Positions 63,075-64,000 of a stretch of DNA of 64,000 nt are shown piece by piece; position 1 is the first letter of the stretch, and the number at the start of each line of letters is the position of its first letter. Location of the stretch: NCBI RefSeq assembly GCF_002113885.1, contig NW_018405900.1:344005-408004 (forward strand). Direction: 5' to 3'. Both the position numbers and the translations under genes were made by a program. Under the pieces are notes generated by a model. It was not told the DNA's origin and searched no databases. It saw only the letters and a list, made by a program, of their open reading frames with translations. This DNA comes from Mizuhopecten yessoensis (lineage: Eukaryota).

Positions 63075-63609
63075 GTTATTATACAGTTAAAGTATGGGGT
63101 TGAGGGATATAGCAAGTTTCTGGTTTCCCGAGACCAGGTCTATTTCCCGAGGCGTCGCCTCGGGAAATAGGCATGGTCAAGGGACACCAGAAACTTGCCA
63201 TATCCCTCAACCCCATACTTTCACCGTTTTATTATACCGATACACACTGGAGAGATAGTTTTAACTAGAAATCATTTGTAAACCATAAGCTGTATAGCTT
63301 CACGTCCTATCTACCCTTGATCACAGTAGAGCCAAACATGCTTCCGAGTTCTGTAGCAAGCCCCGCCCACCTCGCGCGTCGCTTCCGAGTTCGGTAGCAA
63401 GCTCCGCCCACCTCGTGCATCGGTTCCGAGTTCGGCAACAAGCTCCGCCCGCCTCCCGCCTGATTGGCTCGGCGGAAACACCCGAGTGTAGGTGTGTTTT
63501 AGTTCCCAGACTAACACACAGGACTAAAACACAGTCAGGCAAAAGTGGGGATATATTCGATTTAACCAATTACTTTTATATAGAGTAAATAAAGTAGAGG
63601 TATAATAAA
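63075..63609 (+). mobile_element. Hairpin-headed non-autonomous element (TTATTATAC...GTATAATAA), possibly Crypton-like
   Basis: The ~75-bp-arm hairpin at 63077-63237 is centred on CCCGAGGCGTCGCCTCGGG. TTATTATAC occurs at the start and after the hairpin, GTATAATAA at the end. The interior has 39-bp GC-rich subrepeats. The superfamily is an inference. Confidence 0.65.
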
Positions 63610-64000
63610 CAGAACTATCACACAACAATGTCATACAGAACTAACAAACAACAATGTCATACAGAACTAACACACAACAATGTCACACAGGACTGTCATA
63701 CAACAATGTCATACATAACTACCATACAACAATGTCACACAGGACATCACAACAATCACACAACAGTAGTACAACACTGCCACACTGTAGTCTCACAATG
63801 ATCTTAACACTTCTTCAAGGGGGAGACACACATTTCCTATCCAGGTGATAACTCGAGTTCTGACAGCCTGATTGCTTTCAACTTCTTGTGTTGATAAAAT
63901 GTGCCAAGAGTGACATCTCCTTGCATTTCTTTTCCATTCATTTCCCCATCTCTGTATTCTCACCTCAGAGGATGCTACCTTCTGCTGTTTACTACATGTT

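Larger units (their letters stand above)
62358..63765 (+). repeat. ~26-bp minisatellite (ACAACAATGTCACACAGGACTGTCAT and variants) interrupted by two element copies
   Basis: Blocks at ~62358-62600, 62925-63075 and 63610-63765, plus short blocks after the other exon copies (59522-59600, 60100-60165). Confidence 0.85.

Noticed and set aside
63969-64000. Next KIF27 exon after a pyrimidine tract and CAG at the window end
   Set aside because: The phase-0 reading (RMLPSAVYYM) does not look like the expected coiled coil, and too little sequence remains to judge.

Overview
AT-rich, intron-rich animal DNA. The repeat families suggest a bivalve mollusc (inference). I rebuilt three spliced genes by hand from GT-AG exons with consistent phases. 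(1) SAP30BP on the minus strand is complete: 10 exons, about 317 aa. (2) A kinesin-14 (KIFC1/XCTK2/Ncd type) on the plus strand is complete: 15 exons, about 742 aa, head-to-head with SAP30BP. (3) A KIF27/KIF7-type kinesin-4 on the plus strand is present as its motor domain plus neck and runs off the window end. Between the kinesins lies a nest of decayed transposons. The most striking signal is a set of large minisatellites that sit on splice sites and are built from them. Four arrays (40, 75, 70 and 21 bp units) each begin inside the 3' end of a kinesin exon and repeat exon tail + GT donor + intron start about 22 to 140 times. Decayed relics of the same design occur at other donors. A 34-bp array repeats an acceptor-like motif and carries three identical copies of the KIF27 neck-linker exon. 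SAP30BP also has a diverged duplicate of exon 8 and a candidate poison exon. All assignments come from reading and recalled protein motifs; no searches were run.
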